From assembly GCA_964016885.1 (NCBI GenBank), contig OZ024745.1, positions 108,252,001 to 108,316,000 on the forward strand: a DNA stretch of 64,000 bases, in the 5' to 3' direction. The position numbers and the translations under genes were made by a program. Below, in pieces: positions 28,715 through 41,640 of this stretch (the first letter of the stretch is position 1; each line of letters starts with the position of its first letter). Below the pieces are notes generated by a model that ran no database searches, had not been told where the DNA came from, and saw nothing but the letters and a program-made list of their open reading frames with translations. This DNA comes from Eledone cirrhosa. Lineage: Eukaryota.

Positions 28715-31700
28715 CTAGAAGAGATTAAAAATTCCAGAATGAATATTACTGCAGCACAAATAAACAAATATATAACAACAAAATACACTCAGTACTCTCT
28801 GTAAAATGGTTGACAAATGAACTAAGAAAATGTAGAGTAGAGAGAGCCTTTGGTTTGTTGAGGATTTAACAATGTCTTTAGTGTTGGTGCCACAATAAAA
28901 TGCATCTAGTACACTTTTTCAAGTGATTTGTGTTAGCAAATGCATCCAGCTGTAAAAGAAACCATGCCAAAATATGTAATGTGTAAACAAAACTTGGTTC
29001 TCCAACCCATCTAGTTTTGAACAGTTATGACCCATCCAACCAATGCAATGAAAAATGGAAAGCTGATCATAGCTCTGGTCAGTCAGAGCTTCCCTGGGTT
29101 GAACAAACAACAACAGAAAACATGCTTCTTATACATAAATCGCAGGCAGACTTTGATAGAATCTTTAAACAGCATGAAACAGTATATGAAACAGCATGAA
29201 ACAATGTATATGATAAATTCTTCAACAGATTTGTCATTGCCACTTGAGTCAGCTTTACTTAAATGTGAGATAACCAACAACCATAGATGACAAAGTTATA
29301 CATGCTCTATAAATAGATATTAATAACCTCTTCACGATGAGAGGGCTAGCAAAATCACCACATGACACTGTTAGATTCAAATGTTGATATAGAATACTTA
29401 AGAAAATTTAAAATATAGCAAAAGAAAAATAGGGGACAAGATAGTCATCAGCATTATATAAATCAAACCTAGAACACACTAAATGAAGTTCTAATTTGAA
29501 GGGAGACCCATAAATCTCCTCCTGACTTATTAATGATAAATGGAAGAATGTGAAAGTGTTCAGCAAAAATAGACAATTTATTTTTTCTTTTGTAAATACA
29601 GAAACAAATGTCAATGAGAAGGTCCCACAATCTTCAAAACATTTTAGCTAATACCTCAAAAGGAATTATGTAACAAACACCTTCAGGATGTCTATAATTA
29701 TAATTAACATTTAACTTGAAGCAGTAGCAACAACAACAACAGCAACTACTACTACTACTACTACTACTTGTACTACTGTGAAGCCTAATAACTTTAAATG
29801 ATAGAACACAACAATACACAATCATTTAATGCTATTTTATCTGCTAAAGAAGGTGTAAGCATTGCTGACCCCAGAACAGGATTCACCCTCATCAAGGGGT
29901 CATTTTTTAGACAATATTTTCGACCAGATGTCTTTCTTAGCACCAAACCCTTTGGTCGCCTGTTATGACATGCAAGTTTATATAGTGCATCTATTCAAAA
30001 CTGGATAGACACAGCCTTTCTACTTGGTATAATGAAATATTATTCCCAATAAAACAAAGCTTAGACTTGCTATTTCAATCTCTTATTCACACTTTCAAGA
30101 GATCTCAATAATAAAGCATTTTTTCAAATGAAATAAAATTTGCAAAAATTACACCAGCATAGAAATGTTGAGTTGATTGTGACCACAATTGCCATGTATG
30201 GTCGTGGAACTCCTAAGGGAGTTGTAGGGGTGGTGTATTGACATAAGACATTTCAGCAGAATTCTTCCAGAGAAGGATAGAGAGTGAATGAAAGTGGGAA
30301 AGAGATATAGAGGAATAATCGACCCCAGTAGTAGATGTATTTTTTTTTAAATGGATGAAAGGCAAAGTTGACCTTGGAGGAATTTGAACACATTTAAGCA
30401 ACGACTCTGCCAATTTGCTGCCATATATGCATATCAGTGAGAGCCGGCCAAACATAAATCAGTGCATTAAACTCCATGTAGGAATTAGTCTAAGATGAGC
30501 TTAGTCAATTATTCCTTATAAGAATGCTAAAATAACCACCAGACAATGTACCAGGGCTGAAATAATTGACAAATATACTTCGAAGTTGTATACCAACATA
30601 CTTTTATTCTTTGGTTGGTTCCAGTTTTTAAAATGTGGCTATCTGTTTGGTTATCTATTCCTCCATGTGTTGATTAAGTAGGTTTATAAAATACTAGTGA
30701 TTGTATGTATTAGTGTGTAAGCTTGTAACTAGTGATATGATACATGCATCAACTACCTTTTTACTGGAATGGAACAGACATCTATTGGTTTTAATGATAA
30801 GAGCTTCAGCTGTTTGATCAACAGGTCAGCTTGCTTATGAAATTAACTTGTAAGCATTCCATAGGCACATGTACCTTAAATGTAATTCTCAGGAAGATTC
30901 AGCATGACACAGTGTGAATCATGATGTGACTAAGTATTCCATAGGCACACGTACCCTAAATGTAATTCTCAGGCAGATTCAGCATGACACAGTGTGTGTG
31001 TGAGAGAATCATGATTGGCAGACACAGTCCATCTGGACAGCTTTTATATACCCAAATACACTCAAAAAGTTTGGGTTGACCCAAAGGTGTGGTAAAGACA
31101 TTTGCATAAAGATGCTGCACAGTGGGATTGAACATGGGACCTAATGAGTGTAAAGAGAACTTAAACATTAGGCCATACTATATCCACTATTTTTATTGAT
31201 AGTGGCTTATTGAAGTGGAAGAATTTGAGATAGATTTGCCTACATGTCAATTAGGAAGAAAAGAGAGAAAGAGTGTCTACCAAACTGAAATACAGGAACC
31301 TTATATCTTACATCAAGGGAAAGCAGGAGGAAAAAAAAAAGAAAAAAGAAAGAAAGAAAAGGAATCATTTATATGTAAATACTAGATCATACAAATTATC
31401 CAAATTTACAGAATCCGGCAACCTATTGTGGACACATAGAAACCAAAAATAGAAAATAAGAGAAGTAAAACCCGCCAAAAAAAAAAATAAAGAAACAAAA
31501 AGAAATTTGTGTCAAGAGACAACTTTCTATATGTGAAATGTTCCCATAGTAAAAATCAAAATGTCATCATCACCATCATCATTATCATTACCAATATGAA
31601 GGATATATAGACTTTAACCATAGAAATCTGCTAAATGTTTTATTTTTATTTTATACTTTCTGTCGACATTTTTTTTCTCTTCTATACTTTTGCGTGTGTG

Positions 31701-33865
31701 TTTTTTTCTCCTTTTTCTTTTGGCATTTCTAACCCCTAATAGACATCCAACAGAAGGCAAGATCTATGATCAAAGACCATTTCCTAGTGAGAAGCCTATC
31801 AAGTACAGAAAGGGGAAGTGGGGTATAAAAACAAAAACAAAACAAAAAAGTGAAACAAAAACAAATGTGATAAATAAAGAATTGCGTAAATTTGCGAGGA
31901 ACCTCACTGTAGTCAGTGAGTAAATGGGTTCAACTGGAAGAATTATCATCTTGTGACCGGCCAAGAGACACAATCTTATGACATTGCTGGGCAAACTCCA
32001 TTTAAGGAGAGCAAAATGAAAACATAAACAAAAAAATTAAAAGACGGGAGGGGGGTGTTGGAGGAGGAGGAGAAGGAAAATACAAAAAGATGACGAAAAC
32101 AAAAATTATAAAAAAAAACATGGAAAATGGAAAGAGAAAAGAAAGAAACAAGGAAAGAACTAAAAAAAGAAAAAAAAGAAGAAAGCTGAAGCAAATAAAA
32201 GAATAAATATAAGAGAAATAAAATCTAAAGACAATGAAAGGTTTCAGACAATTGAAACAAGATTTGATGGTGTTATTTAGTACAAGGAAGTGAGGGGACG
32301 TGTCATACAATGACAAATGACGAAGTGTGTGGAAAAACAAGAGCTCAGGTGCTAGTGCGTGTATATATGTGTGTACGTGTACATACATATATATGTGTAT
32401 ATGTGAGCATATGTGGTGAGAATGTGTATATACATATATATATATATATGATGTAAATAACAATCACATAACTACACTCATCTCTATTTTCACTGGCGGC
32501 AAACGTGGGGCTGAGGGGTTGGAGTTGAATCACTGATCTTAATGTCACTTAAAAGTGTTTGCCAGAAAACAAAATGATACACAGATGTCAAAAGTAGGGT
32601 GTGAGAGAGATTGCTGCTGCTCTTGTTGTTGTTTATTTCTCCGTTACATTATATTTCCTCCTGCATATTAACAGAACGATCAACTTCAATATTTTCATGG
32701 TATTAGGTTCCTTTTTAGAAATGATAACTGCAAAAAGATACAAACTATGACAGCTCCTGTCAAATGGCTTGGGTATATATATATATATATATATATAAAT
32801 ATATATATATACACATATACACACACATATATATACATATATAAATGTATATATATATATTTTTTTATATATATACACACATATATACATACATATGTAT
32901 ATGTATGTATATATATATATATATATATATGCCTGTGTGTGTGTGTATGTATATATATATATATATGCCTGTGTGTGTGTATATATATATACATAGAGAG
33001 AAGGAGAGAGAGTAATGAATAAATAAGGGGGGGAAGAAAAATCTCCACCCCTGCACCCAATTCTCACTCTCCACTGACGAGAGGATGCCGGGGAAATTTA
33101 GAATGGTGATGTTTTTTTGTTTGGATCATTTTTTTTTTTCCACCTTTCTAATTTTACTTTTGTTTGCCTAACTGTCCATTGAGCATGGATGGAAAGGAGA
33201 GAAAATGCAGTTGAAGTTTAAAGCAATAGGTAATAAAACAAAGCACATGACAATTTGCCATTGAGAAGACAACAATGAAGAAGAATTAGACATATTGCTA
33301 TATTTCTCCTCCACATAGACACACATACACTCACTCTCTGACTTCTTTACCTTCACAGTTTGTGTCAAATGTTTGCACACTTTCTTCGCCGCCAAAGCAA
33401 TCTTTTGCACACAAGATTAGAAGAGAAGCAGTAGACGATGGATGATGAAAATGAAAATGAAAAGTTACGGGGGAAACATATAGAAAAAAGGAAAAGGAAA
33501 AGAAGACAGATGAAATAACTAAATATGAAGACAAACTGTGACATCTAGCGAACAAGGAGAGAACTTTGATGCATTCTTTTAACAAGAACATCACTTTGGA
33601 AATTAGAAATAATAATAATAATAATATAATAAAAATACTGAAAAAATATAAAATAATTTAAAAAATTGTAAATATATATATATTTTTTCCCTACATACTT
33701 GACTTCTTTTTATTTTTCCCAATATGCCATCATTTTCACTTGCTGAGTGTGTACAAGTCTGTTAACATGTGATCTTACATACATATCGTCGGATGGCGTT
33801 AAGTGAACAGCCACTATCAATTTTAGCGCCAATATTTCTTCTTCTTTTTTTATCAATTGATATTT

Positions 33866-34230
33866 ACATCTATTTGCTTGTGGAGAGATCAAAAGGTATC
33901 TAATAATTCAGCTAATATTTCCTCTTCACTTACTGAAGAAAGAGAGCCTCTATATGCTGTCATTCAACCGGCTAAAAACAGCAGCCAAATCACACCTTAT
34001 GGACTTAGTAAAGGAAGGACACCTTAGATCAGTGGTTCCCAACCTTTTTACATCTATTTGCTTGTGGAGAGTTCAAAAGGTATCTAATAATTCAGCTATT
34101 TCCTCTTCACTTACTGAAGAAAAAGAGCCTCTATATGCTGTCACTCAACCAGCTAAAAACAGCAGCCAAATCACACTTTATGGACTTAGTAAAGGAAGGA
34201 CACCTTAGATCAGTGATTCCCAACCTTTTT
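33866..34230 (+). repeat. Tandem duplication, 184-bp period
   Basis: acatctatttgcttgtggagag... at 33866 and 34050; includes start of hAT TIR. Confidence 0.92.
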
Positions 34231-34509
34231 TGTCCCATTACCCACCTCAACATCTCAAACATTTTTATGCCCCACTTTGATATAAAAACAGCGATGATCA
34301 GCCTCAAAGAGTAAACAAATTGGCTTATGGGTGCTGCCAGATGTACAATAACATATATGGAGGAGTTGAAACAGGAGTTTTTGACCATAATTTGTTCCAA
34401 ATTTGCCTTGGTGTAAAAGCAATAGGGTAAAATATGAAGTTTGCTCTCATTAACATCATTTTCAAATTGCCCACCTGGGGCAATTTGCACCCCACGTTGG
34501 AAATCACTG
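34211..34509. mobile_element. hAT MITE
   Basis: TIR cagtgattcccaac / gttggaaatcactg; 8-bp TSD ccttagat/ccttagtt. Confidence 0.85.
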
Positions 34510-35280
34510 CCTTAGTTAATGTAATCCTCGTAGACACACTATATACACAGATGATTTTAGAATAAACACACAGGATGTGATTTTGTTTTCACTATTCAGT
34601 CTAGTTAGTAATTTGAAATACTTTCTGAAATGCAGTTACAACTAATGTGTGTATAGCATATACCAGAACATGTCCTCTTCAGACAAAATACATATGAGAT
34701 GTATAATTTTTCATGATATGCTGGTAGCCAAACGAACTGGACATATCAGTGGCCAAGGAGGCTAAACCACAACAATAATACTCATATTGGCTGTGTGGTC
34801 AAGGAGTTCAATCACATAGTGTGTACCTTGAGCAAGTGTCTTCTACCATAGACTCCAGTCAACCAATGCCTTGTGAGTAAAATTTAGTAAGCAGGAAATG
34901 TGTGAAAGCCCCTCTGAGAGACTGTTCTATTTCTTGGGTAGTAGAGTTTATCCATCATCTGGTTTAACATCACCTTATACAAAATAATGACATGAATACT
35001 AATTTTGAAAATAATAAAAAAATTAACTTAAAATAAGGTTAAAAAAGCAACTTATTTATAGCAAACATGTACACAACTAAGAAATTTATCAATAAACATA
35101 TGATGATGGACAGTTTACAAAATTAAAACAAATTTCCAGTAGGGTACTTTTTTTTTTTTTCAATTTATAAGTTAAATGCTCAAATATTTATATAAATAAA
35201 ATAAATGTTATAATTTGTTCATACAAATGCTATAAAACTTAGACCTTCAATCATAAGTTCATATATATTGTACACATATA

Positions 35281-35440
35281 CAGTGTACCCCCACGTATTC
35301 GCGTAATTTTCCTTAGAACCTAACTAATAATTGTTTGTGGAAATCTCTGAATATTCGCAGAATCGTAAATATCTACCGCAATTTCTTTTATTATTTTTTT
35401 CGTGGAAATATATATTTTTTCACGCTTTTTAACGCTAAAT
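35281..35440. mobile_element. pogo/Tigger-like terminal fragment
   Basis: TA|cagtgtacccccacgtattcgcg; no partner TIR seen. Confidence 0.45.
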
Positions 35441-35700
35441 CATTAATAACTGTTTCAATTTTAGGCACAAGGCCAGCAATTACCCAGTACATTACTGGTA
35501 CTTTATTTTATCGACCCCGTAAGGATGAAAGGCAAAGTTAACCTCGGCGGGATTTGAACTCAGATCATCCCATATTTGCCGGCCTATTAGATGCCCATTT
35601 GCATAAACAGGCTACCTCTGATTAGAATAGCTGTGCATCAATCAGCAACACCTCACACCTTGGGGGTTAATTGTACACTTCAGGCAAGCCAACACGCTCC

Positions 35701-35855
35701 AACTAGACAAATAATCAATTAAACGGAGCTAAGTCTAAAATGTAAGTTTGAAGAAAAAATAGATAAACGTTAGAATATTTGGTAACGTTTATCTATTTTT
35801 CTTTTCAAACTTACATTTTAGACTTAGTTCCGTTTAATTGATTATTTGTCTAGTT
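35701..35855. repeat. Imperfect inverted repeat (~72-bp arms) plus diverged direct copy at ~35923-36050
   Basis: aactagacaaataatcaattaaacgg...aacgtta / taacgtt...ccgtttaattgattatttgtctagtt; loop gaatatttgg. Confidence 0.88.
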
Positions 35856-36075
35856 AATTTCTACGGAATAAGAGGAAAGACTAGGCAAATTTGATCTGAC
35901 TGTTCCTCATAGAGGAATATCGATAACATTTATCTGTTATTTTTTCCAAGTTATATTTTAAACTTAGCTCCGTTTAAATGATTATATATCTGGTTAATTT
36001 CTACAGACTAAGAAGAAAAAATTGGATAAATTTTGTCTACTGTTCTTCAAACTTATAATTTTATATATATATATA

Positions 36076-36375
36076 TATAAAGAAAAAGAGATGAAATCGA
36101 AAATGCAACTGAAGTCTTATTTTTTTAAAAAATATATATATTTATTTGGTTCCTTTACCGGTTTCGCAGTTCTTCTGCTTTTCAAAAGGTGAGTTGAGAT
36201 GGAGGGTCTGTGGTTTTTCTCACAGATGTGAGAAAAACCACAGACCCTCCATCTCAACTCACCTTTTGAAAAGCAGAAGAACTGCGAAACCGGTAAAGGA
36301 ACCAAATAAATATATATATTTTTAAAAAAAATAAGACTTCAGTTGCATTTTCGATTTCATCTCTTTTTCTTTATA
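36076..36375. repeat. Palindrome (149-bp arms, 2-nt loop)
   Basis: Centre ...ttctcaca GA tgtgagaa... at 36225/36226; arms appear perfectly complementary; (TA)n on the left and again at ~36437. Confidence 0.95.
36262..36299 (+). ncRNA. Minimal type-I hammerhead motif, U3-A8 variant (mirror copy on - strand at 36152-36189)
   Basis: cctt-TTGAAAA-gcag aagaa ctgc-GAAA-ccgg-TA-aagg. Confidence 0.75.
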
Positions 36376-36430
36376 CTTCCACTCGTGTAGGACACCTCGG
36401 TTATTTTTCATTTTGTAAAAAAAACCTCAC

Positions 36431-36462
<32 letters not shown>

Positions 36463-36702
36463 TAAACAACAACAGAAGGCCGGATTGGAAAATTTGGTTT
36501 AAAATTTTAATTCCGTGAAATCACTATACAGGACAATCTCATCAGGCTACTCCCACAGAATTACCTAACAGGGTTATATTGAACCCAAACATATAATGGA
36601 GGATAGGGAAAAGAGAATAGAAAATTAAAAATTTGACTCGGGGACTGCCTATAAAGAAACTGTTGTACTGGTATGAGGCAGTTCCCGAATATAGTGTGTA
36701 TA

Positions 36703-37577
36703 CAGGGTGCGGATAATATTTGTTCGCAAGATTACTGTCAAGGAAAAAATAACACAGTAGTTTTATTTTTTAAGATTTATTTATCAAACTTGGGTCAGTT
36801 TGTCTTCATGACTTGTTCTTTCGATCTCACTCGATAAACCCGCCATTGGTTTTGATAATGACCTCAAGGCGGCCTTGGAACCGGCTACAGGCCTTCGTCA
36901 CTGTCCCCCGACTTAGGCCCATAAAGGCACTTGTGATCCTGGCCTTCAGATCGTCTTTCGTATTGCATCTAGATCTGTTGGTGTCTTGTTCCACTGCGCC
37001 CCACACAAAGAAGACGAGGGGGTTGCAGTCAGGCGAGCTGGGAGGCCAGATGTCAGGTGAAGTGTGGTCGACGAAGTTCTCTGACAGCCAGGCTTGGGTC
37101 TTTTGGCTGGTATGGCAGGGCGCTGAGTCTTGCTGCCACACATATGGCCTACCTGGTCGATCCAGGGCTTTACTACCTCGCTCAGAACGTGGATGTAGCC
37201 ATCAGTGTTGAGCTTGAGGGGCCCTCAGGGAAGAAGTGAGGTGGCATGACATCACCTTGACTGCTGACGACACCTAAGACCAATGTTGTTGCTGGAAACT
37301 TTGTCTGCATGACTCTGGGCACGTCTTTGGATGAGACAGCGAGCCACCTGTTGTTCTGGGAGTTGATCTTCTGGTCTTATTTGTCCTCCCGGCACGGATT
37401 CCAAGAAGAACTCCGTGTCTCTTCCACAAATTTGGAGGTTCAAAATTATTCATAATCAATTATTCTGAAAATAAATAATGGAAATATAGTCACTGTTTTT
37501 TATGAAGACAAGAGTGACAACGGAAGTAAAAAAAATTTGCATAAAATTGAAAATTGCGAACAAATATCGTCCGCACC

Positions 37578-37580
<3 letters not shown>
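36703..37580 (-). mobile_element. Tc1/mariner DD37D (maT-type) transposon, internally deleted
   Basis: 27-bp TIRs cagggtgcgga(ta/cg)atatttgttcgcaa, TA flanks; WQQDSAPCH..WPPSSPDCNPLV with 37 residues between the second D and the mutated (V) third D position. Confidence 0.92.
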
Positions 37581-37622
<42 letters not shown>

Positions 37623-37934
37623 AAAAAAGTCAGATTCCCGCCGTCCTAATACTGCTGGCTTAGTCCGGATCTAGCTGTCGAGATGGCTGGAGCTCAGCCA
37701 TCAGGGTCCTGACTCTTTTCCTATTACCCACTCTACTACCCTAAGTATCAAGTACTCTGGTGCATTATGGTCCACCTGGTTTCTTACCACACTTTCTTTG
37801 TTATATATATATATATATATATGTATGTATATATATATATATATATAATGTAGGAGGTGAGTTTTATTGTAGTACAATAAAGCAATGCAGATATCGGATA
37901 AGAAGCACTCTACAGTTTGTAGGACTGGAGTATA

Positions 37935-38128
37935 CATAATATAAGATCAAAAGATGGTTAAAGTTGATTTAAAACTGCACTATCCACAAGTGTTTTTTAG
38001 CCTTCATATCATGTTCTCCTGTTTCATCTGATGAAAACACAAATATTATTGCATGATGATGTTTGTTTTTGAAATGCGCATAATAAAATACATGGAACTC
38101 CTTTAACCATCTTTTGATCTTATATTAT
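37935..38128. repeat. Short element with 28-bp terminal inverted repeats enclosing a hammerhead
   Basis: ataatataagatcaaaagatggttaaag ... ctttaaccatcttttgatcttatattat, followed by (TA)n. Confidence 0.85.
38020..38090 (+). ncRNA. Minimal type-I hammerhead motif
   Basis: tgtttcat-CTGATGA (38028-38034)-imperfect stem II-GAAA (38071-38074)-tgcgca-TA-ataaaata; stem I imperfect. Confidence 0.62.
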
Positions 38129-38146
38129 ATATATATATATGTATAA

Positions 38147-38453
38147 GTATATTTAGCAATATACCTTATGTTTAATTAAAAACATCTTGAAGACCATACG
38201 CTATCAGTTTTAAAGTAGTGACTATGTCACTTACTTATTTTCGGCGAAAAAAGGGAGAAAAGCTAACAGTCTGTTTCACGCTGCTGGCGATCATCAGAGC
38301 CACGCACTCCCCACTTTCGACGAAAGTTATAGAAGCTGGATTCTTATAGAATTCCAGTAATAATCAGGAGTGACATAGTCACTACTTTAAAACCGATAGT
38401 GTAAGGTCTTCAAAATGTTTTTAATTAAACATACGGTATATTGCCAAATATAC
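38147..38453. repeat. Element with ~85-bp imperfect inverted arms enclosing a hammerhead
   Basis: 38147-38231 vs 38369-38453 (few mismatches); internal hairpins ttttcggcgaaaa, ctttcgacgaaag, ctggattct..agaattccag. Confidence 0.88.
38262..38300 (-). ncRNA. Minimal type-I hammerhead motif
   Basis: Reverse complement: gct-CTGATGA-tcgc cagca gcgt-GAAA-cag a ctg-TT-agc; GUU triplet. Confidence 0.68.
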
Positions 38454-38590
38454 ATACATTCATATATACATTGGTATTTCAGAGCACCAATCCTAATATA
38501 TATATATATATTTATATATTATCATCATCATCGTCATCATTTTACGTCCGCTTTTCCCTGCTTGCAAGGGTGGGACGGGTCTTATTCAGT

Positions 38591-38655
<65 letters not shown>

Positions 38656-40659
38656 TATTTAATTCAAAGAGAATATTTTTAGCATTCCAAAGGAGTCAGA
38701 CAAACAGAGACTACACTATAAATTATATTAGTAAATTATTCTACAATATGAATTTATAAACAATCAGTGTAACTGGTGGTTTAGTTGTTGAGTTAAAAGC
38801 AACCTAGTTTCAATCTCCAGTTGAAATTTTTTCGCTCCAATTATCCAACTAATAGAATTAAGCTAGAAAGCTATTTGCTCTAGCATTTTAAACAAATGCT
38901 AAGGAGCATAACCAATGTGGGGAAAAGTAAAAGTACAAGATATTAATTACTGTTTTGCCAATCCATCACTTTGAAATAACTATAGGAGTTTATTTGATTA
39001 ATTATACGGTTTCTCTGCCAAAAATTAATCTTCTGCCTAGTTTAAACAAGTTGTTTTAATTTAGATCAACAGTCCTGATCAAGTAGACCTAAAATTAAGC
39101 CATGACCATCCCATCTTTTTAAGGACACACAAGACTATATTATTTGATGTGTCCTTTCTTTACTTAAGACAGTAGAGAATGATTTGAAGAAGATTTGGGT
39201 ACTATCTATAGGCTCTCTCTCTCTCTGACAATGACTGATGATAATAATCATTATAAAGATTGAACATGTTGATGTTATTCTAGTTTAACTTAGGTCAACT
39301 CCAATTAAACAGTTTTAATGAAAAGCATTCCACCTGTAACAAGCCAAATATTTTTTGGTTATACAGGACTGCAGCAGTGTTGGGTTACGAAATTGAGAGG
39401 CCCTAAGTGCGAAAATGATTATATATATGGAATATAAACTCCCATATATTGAAGAAAAAAATTCTATGGGACCCCTTTTTACTTGAAGCCTGAAGCACAT
39501 GCTTATTTTGTTTAATTGTTAATCTAAGGCTGGACTACAACATCTATTGTGTCCAGTCTTATATTTTCAACAAGGACACATTTTCCACATAACATATAAA
39601 TTGATTTAATGAATATATTTAATGAATATATTTATATATTTATATATATATATTTATATATATATTTATATATATATATTTATATATATATTTATATATA
39701 TATATTTATATATATTTATATATATTTATATTTAATGAATATATTTAATGAATATATTTAATGAATATATTTACTGAATATATTTAATTCTATGATCAAA
39801 TTCTCCCCAGAATTTTCAGATCTTAAATTAATTACAGTTTATGCAATTCTGCCACTTAAAATAAAACTGCAACAGTCACTCTTTGATATATTTGTGGTTG
39901 AGCCTGTAGCAGCAGAGACTTCCGGTGGACCACATCCCTACCTACTACTATTGTGAGGGAGTTCACTACCCACAGAAGCAAGCCCTGTGAGTTGGAATGG
40001 CTATTCCACTGCATCTCCCATGCCATCACCTGGGGCATTGTTTTTTTCATTCTGTCTACTGGGACCACTAGGCAGTATACACATAGATGGGCTCCTATAC
40101 ACAAGAGAACGCTCCCCTACTCCATCCAGGTCTACATCACTGGGTCAGCGATGCTGAGTCGGTCAACTATAAAATTAACTGAAAATATTGAAGCACTTAT
40201 CAAACTGTTATAACCAGGGAACAAGATATGTTTATTTGATTTCTTTTAAACCTTCACCAAATATCAACAGTGAGCTTCTACTGGAGCAATGACAACAACA
40301 GGTTGTCATGGAAATGTGATGGAAGCGGTAGTGGTAGTGGTGGTGGTGGTGGTGGTGATATTGACAATGATGGTGTAATGGTTATAAGGATGATGATGAT
40401 GGTGGTGTTGGTGGTGGGGTGATTATGAGGATGATCTGGTGATGGGGATCAGGTTGTGTGACTGGAGATGATGATGGTAGTAGTGGTAGTAGTGGCAGCA
40501 ATACTAAGGCTGGTAGTCACAGAGGGTGGTAGTGGTGGTGGTGGTGACATCGACAATGATAGGGTAATGGTGGTGATGGGGATCAGGTTGTGTTATTGGA
40601 TATGATGATGGTAGGAGTGGTGGTAGTGATGGTGGTCATACAAAAGGTGGTAGTGGTGG

Positions 40660-41640
40660 TGGTGGTGGTGGTGGTTATAAGGATGACAGTGGTGGTGGTG
40701 GTGGTGGTAGTTATAAGGATGACAGTGGTGGTGGTGGTGGTGGTTATAAGGATGACAGTGGTGGTGGTGGTGGTGGTGGTTATAAGGATGACAGTGGTGG
40801 TGGTGGTGATTATAAGGATGACGGTGGTGGTGGTGGTGGTGGTTATAAGGATGACAGTGGTGGTGGTGGTGGTTATAAGGATGACAGTGGTGGTGGTGGT
40901 GGTTATAAGGATGACGGTGGTGGTGGTGGTGGTGGTTATAAGGATGAAAGTGGTGGTGGTGGTGGTTATAAGGATGACGGTGGTGGTGGTGGTGGTGGTT
41001 ATAAGGATGACAGTGGTGGTGGTGGTGGTTATAAGGATGACGGTGGTGGTGGTGGTGGTGGTTATAAGGATGACAGTGGTGGTGGTGGTGGTTATAAGGA
41101 TGACAGTGGTGGTGGTGGTGGTTATAAGGATGACGGTGGTGGTGGTGGTGGTGGTTATAAGGATGACAGTGGTGGTGGTGGTGGTTATAAGGATGACGGT
41201 GGTGGTGGTGGTGGTGGTTATAAGGATGACAGTGGTGGTGGTGGTGGTGGTGGTTATAAGGATGACAGTGGTGGTGGTGGTGGTGGTGATTATAAGGATG
41301 ACAGTGGTGGTGGTGGTGGTGGTGTTTATAAGGATGACAGAGGTGGTGGTGGTGGTGGTGGTGGTTATAAGGATGACAGTGGTGGTGGTGGTGATTATAA
41401 GGATGACAGTGGTGGTGGTGGTGGTGGTTATAAGGATGACAGTGGTGGTGGTGGTGGTGATTATAAGGATGACAGTGGTGGTGGTGGTGGTGGTGTTTAT
41501 AAGGATGACAGAGGTGGTGGTGGTGGTGGTGGTGGTTATAAGGATGACAGTGGTGGTGGTGGTGATTATAAGGATGACAGTGGTGGTGGTGATTATAAGG
41601 ATGACAGTGGTGGTGGTGGTGGTGGTTATAAGGATGACGT
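40660..41640 (+). repeat. Minisatellite ttataaggatgaca + (gtg)n of variable length within a (GGT/GAT)-rich block 40320-41915
   Basis: About 30+ units differing by whole triplets; gives Val-, His- and Gly-rich open frames. Confidence 0.95.

Noticed and set aside
33071-33106. ctgacga...gaaa motif
   Set aside because: Stem II cannot pair.
34605-34692. Minus-strand hammerhead (tattttgt-ctgaaga...gaaa)
   Set aside because: Shares the 5' part with the 23074 motif but stems II and III do not close.
36510-36550. Minus-strand ctgatga core
   Set aside because: No correctly placed GAAA.
37668-37708. Minus-strand hammerhead-like ctgatgg...cgacagcta
   Set aside because: Two core substitutions; too degenerate to call.
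40380-41605. FLAG-tag or vector contamination (gattataaggatgac)
   Set aside because: Never the full DYKDDDDK; grades into natural (GGT/GAT)n sequence; no vector features.
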